Shown piece by piece: positions 58,480-64,000 of a stretch of DNA of 64,000 nucleotides. The stretch comes from Eutreptiella sp. 'Long Island Sound 2002' (taxonomy: Eukaryota > Protista > Euglenida). The stretch's first letter is position 1. Each line of letters begins with the position of its first letter. The notes beneath the pieces were generated by a model. It made no database searches, was not told where the DNA came from, and saw only the letters and a list, made by a program, of their open reading frames with translations. A program made the translations under genes and the position numbers. The stretch covers positions 190,402,001-190,466,000 of the forward strand of contig OZ038378.1 in assembly GCA_964036045.1 (NCBI GenBank), in the 5' to 3' direction.

Positions 58480-60053
58480 TTGGGGGCCCAGCCGGTGGAC
58501 GCGACATCAATGCTACAACGGCTGGACCGCTTCCGAAAGGGGGGGCCTGTGCTGGCACCCACCCCTGTGGCTTCCCAGGACGTCATCGACTGGCCGGCGG
58601 TGGTGGATGCATGGCAAATCTTGGGAGAGACCGACCCCACGGAGTGCCCAGCGGCCTGTCTGGTTTCAACATGGCGGCCATCGACACGAAGAACCTACAC
58701 GAGCCACCTTCGACGGTTTGCCCAATTCGGGGGCACTGTCCAGACATCGGAAACATGCAGGCGTTGGCGGAAAAGGTCCTGCTCTCCATGTTTGCCCAGG
58801 GCCAGAAGGCGGCGGCGGCCAGAGGATGCATATCCGCCCTCAAGGCAGTGGCTACCTTGGGGTGGACCCCCCCCCCTGCAATGGGACAGGCTGTGGAGAA
58901 TTTCCAAGGCGGCAGTGGATTCCCCGGGATAGCGACAGTTCGGAGGGCCCGACCTACTCCAGCTCATGGCCGAATCATGCTCCAAGGCGGGGGAGTGGAA
59001 AATCTATGCCGCGGCGGTCCTATCCTTCGCCACGCTCTGTAGAGTGGGAGAAATATCGTCGCTTCGCCGATCGAACATCTCCAAAGTGGAAATCACGTAC
59101 CAGGGGATCAAACGAGACCATCGCCAGATCACGAGACGACTGGGGCCATACGCGCAGGCATGGGCTACGTGGCTCCGCAGGACCGCGCCCGGTGAGGCGC
59201 CAGCATTGGGACGAGCAGCGGATCTCGAAATGGGTATGGCCAAGCTCTTGCAGGGGACCGACAGAGGAGAGGCCAGGTGGCATGCCTGGAGACGAGCGGG
59301 CGCAACCTACCTCCGGTGGTTGGGACTTCCGTGGAGGCACCTCCTGTGGTGGGGTAGATGGCACAACATCAAAATTGCTCACCTGTACGCGTCTCCCCCC
59401 GACGAATTTGAATGTGTGCCGACGAATTTGAATGTGTGCAGACTACGCGACTGCCTTGGCCAGCCACTGAAGGAATCCGCTGGAGAAGAACCGATATCAG
59501 GGACCTCTGGCCGGCCAGCCTCGTGGAGCTCTTCGAAAATGACGAGAAAGTCCGCACATCCCCGGCGGAGGCCAAGCGAACACGACCCGCAGGAGGAGAC
59601 GGCGGGTCCGAAAAGGAGAGCGCCGCAGCGGTACGGACGATCGGCGCAGGACGCCAGGGGAGAGGAGGCCACAAATCCCGACGCACGGTCTCGGAAGGAG
59701 TCACAGGGACAGGGGCCCCACCAGAAGTCGAGCCTCCCGGGGGCACGAGGTCCGTGGACCCGATGCCGACACGGGGTAGGGCTGGCAGCGGAACACCAGA
59801 AGCCCCGATTACTTCCAAGGAGAGTCCCATCGACGTCGATGAGGAACAGGACGTGGAGATGGGTCCCACGCGACAGCGTGACGCCAATGGAGGAGCACAA
59901 AGCCCCGGACAGCCTCGAGGTGGTGGACGGTTCCAAGGACGGCCCCGGGGTTTCACGACATGGAGGACGCGGCCCCGAACCACAGCGGGTCTCGGAGCCA
60001 AGCACCTGGCGACACTGGCCCGACGTGCAGCCGGCGGCGCCGGTAAACGATGA
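58480..60053 (+). pseudogene. Tyrosine recombinase ORF, reconstructed; disrupted in this copy
   Basis: N-terminal WRPSTRRTYTSHLRRF. Catalytic set R (LCRVGE, 59041), K (GIKRD), H-x-x-R (HAWRR, 59281), W (GRW) and Y (HLY, 59386). Compensating frameshifts at G5 (58729) and C10 (58867), TAG at 58930, and a 20-nt duplication at 59399-59438 after which the YR frame continues to TGA 60053. Confidence 0.88.
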
Positions 60054-62025
60054 ATGCCCCTGGGAGAGGGCTGTGGAGAGGTTGATCCGGTCGGAACGAG
60101 GACAGGGGTGGCCGGACGAAATTTCCACGGGCCTGAGACTAAGTGGGGGCCTACGAGACCTGTTGCACCGGCGCATCCGTTTCCTATGCATCCAGGGGGG
60201 GAGGGTAGCCAGAGACCTGGGTATGGTGGATGTAGATGACCAACTAATCGCAGCCTTGGACTCCCTGCGGGGGGATGTGTGGTCCTGTGTGCTGCGGGAT
60301 TCCACCTCCCCGGTCACTCTCCTCCTTAGCCTCGACCCTTCTGTGTTGGATAGGGGGTTGGGACCGGTGGGAAATATCCCCATCCCTGAGTTTTTATGGG
60401 ATTTCCTTGCCCCGCTTGATTTTCAGGAAGTGACGGATCGTGATTTGGGGGAGATGCCAGAGATATCCCCTGAGGGCCTCATTATGGCGTGTGCCTTGGT
60501 CAGGGACGGGGTCCTCCGGCAATGTGCTGAGGGGGGGGGTGGCTACCTGTTCCCCATCCCCAAAAATGCCGTGAAGGCGTCCATGATTGTGCATTTGGTG
60601 CGCCTCAATAAGTGCCACCGTTTTCGCCCGCCATGTTTTAGTTTGCCCTCGGTTGAGGACCTTGCCTTCCTTATACAGGCCCACAGCATGGGCCTCCCGA
60701 GGCTTTCGCTGGGGTCCCACTGTCTGGACCACCTGAACGACCCCTTCCTGCGTGAACTTGAAAGTTTACGTCTTTCGGCGGAACCGGGTGCCCCCCTCTT
60801 GGCCTGTCACATCGACCTTACCAATGCCTTTTGGTCGTTGACTTTGCCAGAGCCTTATAAAAACAGCTTTAGAGTGCGCATCGACGGAAAGTCTTACGCG
60901 TTTTCTTGCCTGCCTTTTGGTTGGCGTTTTTCACCGGTCATATGCCAATATGTGCTTGCTTTTGTGACGGGATCTGTGGACACCAGTGGTGTCGTGGTAC
61001 TACACTATTTAGACGATTTCTTGGTCATTGGGTATGGAAAAGCCAGGGTGGGATTGTTGTCGCAACGCGTGTGCGATGCTTTGCGCAAGGCGGGGGCCGT
61101 CATTAGCACTAAGAGTGTCCTGGAACCGGTCCCGGAGATTCAGTGGTTGGGGAAGTGGCTGGTGCTTTCGGGGGACGGTGCGGGGGTTTTCCCAAAGGGG
61201 CAGGGGGGGGCTGCTTTGCTTGGCCTCTGGATTCGGGCTGCGATGCTGCCCCTTACCCGCAAACACGCCCGTCGTATCCTGGGCCGTTTTATCTGGAGCC
61301 TGCGCCCGACAGTGGGGTTCGCCCCTTTTTTGAGTGGCTGGTGGGCCCACTGTCACTGGGGGCCGAATTGGCTTCAGAACTGCCCCATGTCCTTGGTCCA
61401 GAGCCTCCTGCACTCCCTCCTGCTTTCCTATAGGGCTTGGAAACCACAGGTATTGCTTCCCCTTGACATCTGTGGGGGGGGGGTCCTGTATGTGGATGCC
61501 GCCTTTGATGTTGACAAATTTAAAGTCGGTGTCTGGGGCCCTACCTTGGGTGGCCGGGTGTTCCCCTGCTCCCCAGGGGTTCGGACGCAGCAAGAGGCCG
61601 AGCTCGAGGCCCTGGTTCGTGGGGTCCGGCTCTGCATCAGGGTGGGCTGGCCTGTGTGGCGTCTGATAGGGGATAATTCCTCAGTTTTGGAGCAGGTCGC
61701 TTCCCTTAGGGCCAGTGCGGGCCTGCGACGCCAAAACAGGCACCTGCGCAGGTTGTTTTATTTGATCCAGCGCCTGGAGGGCTCGGTGTATCTGGAATTT
61801 GTTCCGGGGGACCTGAACCCGGCTGACAGCCTCTCTAGGATAGACTCGGAGTGGAAGGGGCGGATGCAGGATGCCTGTGCAGGGGCTGCAGACCGCCACG
61901 TGGCTTTACAGTCGTTCCCTGGGGTCCCCTCCCCAGTGTGGGTCTTGGGTTTCCCTAAAGGACGTCGGGGGGCAACCTGTAACCTGGATGCAGTGGCACT
62001 AGGTTCAGCTGACCCACTGTCCTGA
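59440..62025 (+). CDS. Reverse transcriptase / RNase H (pol) of the YR element; open frame, true start uncertain
   Basis: RT motifs HIDLTNAFW, LPFGWRFSP, HYLDDFL (61006-61017) and IQWLG. RNase H motifs YVDAA, QQEAELEAL, GDNSSV and NPADSLSR. No stops. Confidence 0.92.
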   Translation, partial: RLRDCLGQPLKESAGEEPISGTSGRPASWSSSKMTRKSAHPRRRPSEHDPQEETAGPKRRAPQRYGRSAQDARGEEATNPDARSRKESQGQGPHQKSSLPGARGPWTRCRHGVGLAAEHQKPRLLPRRVPSTSMRNRTWRWVPRDSVTPMEEHKAPDSLEVVDGSKDGPGVSRHGGRGPEPQRVSEPSTWRHWPDVQPAAPVNDECPWERAVERLIRSERGQGWPDEISTGLRLSGGLRDLLHRRIRFLCIQGGRVARDLGMVDVDDQLIAALDSLRGDVWSCVLRDSTSPVTLLLSLDPSVLDRGLGPVGNIPIPEFLWDFLAPLDFQEVTDRDLGEMPEISPEGLIMACALVRDGVLRQCAEGGGGYLFPIPKNAVKASMIVHLVRLNKCHRFRPPCFSLPSVEDLAFLIQAHSMGLPRLSLGSHCLDHLNDPFLRELESLRLSAEPGAPLLACHIDLTNAFWSLTLPEPYKNSFRVRIDGKSYAFSCLPFGWRFSPVICQYVLAFVTGSVDTSGVVVLHYLDDFLVIGYGKARVGLLSQRVCDALRKAGAVISTKSVLEPVPEIQWLGKWLVLSGDGAGVFPKGQGGAALLGLWIRAAMLPLTRKHARRILGRFIWSLRPTVGFAPFLSGWWAHCHWGPNWLQNCPMSLVQSLLHSLLLSYRAWKPQVLLPLDICGGGVLYVDAAFDVDKFKVGVWGPTLGGRVFPCSPGVRTQQEAELEALVRGVRLCIRVGWPVWRLIGDNSSVLEQVASLRASAGLRRQNRHLRRLFYLIQRLEGSVYLEFVPGDLNPADSLSRIDSEWKGRMQDACAGAADRHVALQSFPGVPSPVWVLGFPKGRRGATCNLDAVALGSADPLS

Positions 62026-62088
62026 TTTTTTGGGGACAGGGCCATGCGAGGTGCTGTGGTTGTGCCTGTGAGAGAGCGAACAAAAATA

Positions 62089-62370
62089 AGCAGCGAGGAG
62101 CCACAATATGCCTGAATTGTGTTTTGCTTTGTTCGTAAAACGACTGTTAGCTTTGCTAACTGGGGTTTTATATGTCTGTCTTATTTGTTCCAGATTGTTT
62201 TTGAAATTTTGCCTGGGGAAGCCCGCCCACCCGCCCGGAATGACAGGAGGCCCGCCCACCCACCCAACGAACAACATGTGTATCTATGGCGTCATAGCGC
62301 CTTTGTGGAGTATGGTACAGCAGCGAGGAGCCACAATATGCCTGAATTGTGTTTTGCTTTGTTCGTAAAA
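62089..62370 (+). repeat. Right-end repeats B1 (62089-62140), A2 (62141-62221), spacer and B2 (62319-62370)
   Basis: B = AGCAGCGAGGAGCCACAATATGCCTGAATTGTGTTTTGCTTTGTTCGTAAAA, twice and identical. The B1|A2 junction GTAAAA|CGACTG reproduces an end-to-end circle junction. Confidence 0.93.
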
Positions 62371-64000
62371 TAAGGCCCTAGTCACCAGCAAGTGTTCTTA
62401 GTTAGTGTACAATTGCTGAAAATGCGTTTTCAACATTTGAATAGTTGAGCCTTGCTGCCAAGCAAGCCCCATCAAGGTCATGGATATTAGGTCTCCCAGG
62501 CACTTGGTTTTTGGGATACCAAATGAGGGACTGCCCGACAGTGTTGGAGACCTCAAGCTAGGGTATTTGCTTGGGGAATGCCGTGCACGCAATGCGAAGT
62601 TTTGGATGTCGGCAAATACTCGGACCCTACTTTCGGCCCCCTTTGACAAGTTTTTGGTTCCATACTGGGTTTTTTTTTTAGCTTCCTATGCATTTGGGAT
62701 GTGGCACATTTGAATTGTCACCCTTTGTTGCCCATTTTCAACCATTTTTACCCATTTTCCATCCCCCATATTGAAGTCTCCCCACTATGGGGACCCCGAG
62801 AAGGCAGGGGTGATGTAGCCATACATAGCCCGCGGACCTTGAGGAGTTTGTGGTACGGCCTTCATCCCCACCACATCACTGTCCTTGCTCGCCATCAACA
62901 AGTGTGTCGCGTCCACGCTCAGAATCACCACCGCCCTCCCCTTCACTCTATTCGCAGTCCCCATTACCCAAGAGACCACGGACAACGCGTTCCCCGTGCT
63001 CTGAGTCAAGGGACACCTCATCGCCGCCTCCAACAGCGAAGCCACGGGCACCGAAACAGTCGAAGCAAGCGGACTTTACAAGGCTGAGTGGTTTGTTCAT
63101 AGGGACAGTGGAGTACCAAGTTGAAGGCAGTTTCGTTGTTCTCATGTGGGCTTTGTTGCTTTGCTGTGCAACCAGTCAAGTGACAGGTATTCTTGGGTGA
63201 GTATCCCGGCCTCTGCGTGCGCAGTATGCACGCAGTGCTCACGCAGTGCAACAACTTGGCCCTGGTTGCCGCCCATGTTTGAGTAACAAATGGAGACGGG
63301 GATTATTGCCCGTGGCGGTAAAATGGCTCCAAAAATGTCAGCGGTGGTCCGAGGCACATACGGTGTGGAGGATCTTCCGGGACAATAAAAATGTGCGTCG
63401 CCCGGGTGAAGGCACATCTGCCGGATCGCTTTTTTCATATGTTGCATATAGAAGTCAAAAATCTGCTTTTTTTTTTCACTAATGACTGCCACTTTCACTC
63501 AAGCGTTGGGGAGGGTGTGGGACAGGCACGGCGCCATCCCGATGAGCGGCCTAGGCATGGCAACATCCCGCTGAGCGTCCTGTTCAGTGCCGGGAGCGCC
63601 AGCCTTTGGTTTGTTTTGGGAGTGGGATTTAATGCGGCGCTTGGGCACCATGAATTTCCCCGAGCATGGCCATCCAATTTGGACCACGCCGTGCGGCAAC
63701 CATGTCTCCCTCTCATAGTTTCGGGACAATGTCATGGTGGCCGCGTGCGGCGCATTGGCACGCTCCACTATGACCCGGGTGACCGACATCCTAACTGAAG
63801 TTTGGGATTTGCCCGTTCTGTGCCCCTGTATCATGGAGACTGCTCACTGGTGCACAACACATTGCATGGCGTCCACTGTCACGGTAATGGGAATCACGGT
63901 GCACCTTCACCGGCACCATTCGCCCCTAATGTACACGCAACTTCAGGTTTGGCAGGGGGCTAGTGTCCTGAAATATTCTGTGATGCCAAAAAGCCCCGGG

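Larger units (their letters stand above)
57348..62370 (+). mobile_element. Tyrosine-recombinase retrotransposon (DIRS order; VIPER/TATE/Ngaro-like) with split direct repeats, apparently full length
   Basis: A1 57348-57428 matches A2 62141-62221 (79/81). B1 62089-62140 is identical to B2 62319-62370 (52 bp), and B1 directly abuts A2. Internal gag, YR and RT/RNase H coding regions. No TSD. Confidence 0.93.

Noticed and set aside
58966-62025. Prokaryotic RT system (retron, DGR, or RT-integrase defence fusion)
   Set aside because: No retron NAxxH/VTG motifs or msr-msd, and no template/variable repeat pair. The RNase H, gag knuckle and split direct repeats identify a eukaryotic YR retrotransposon.

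Overview
Repeat-rich eukaryotic nuclear DNA: GT-AG introns, GC-rich exons, microsatellites, satellites and MITEs. A euglenozoan/euglenid-like protist is plausible, but that is inference from the VIPER/TATE-like YR element and from splice acceptors just upstream of ATGs. Host genes: (i) a two-exon MutL/PMS1-type gene (19751-22870 joined to 23946-24311) whose C-terminal endonuclease motifs are degenerate; (ii) a Nup50/Nup2-like first exon (33028-33481); (iii) three in-phase exons of an unknown + strand gene (47173-53138); (iv) a probable two-exon - strand gene (8964-5206). The most striking element is an apparently full-length tyrosine-recombinase (YR) retrotransposon at 57348-62370. It has split direct repeats (A1-ORFs-B1A2-spacer-B2), gene order gag, YR, RT/RNase H, and a long stretch where two reading frames overlap. 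A 20-nt tandem duplication in this copy swaps those frames and produces the apparent 1019-aa YR-RT fusion. Four MITEs with clear TIRs and TSDs (TA, 6 bp, 8 bp, 8 bp) were found by eye. Also present: a 96-bp tandem array that may be coding, a ~195-bp satellite, a (CCCTCA)n array, and decayed LINE, GIY-YIG and zinc-finger fragments. No rRNA, intact tRNA, CRISPR array or prokaryotic system was seen. All calls are by eye, without database searches.
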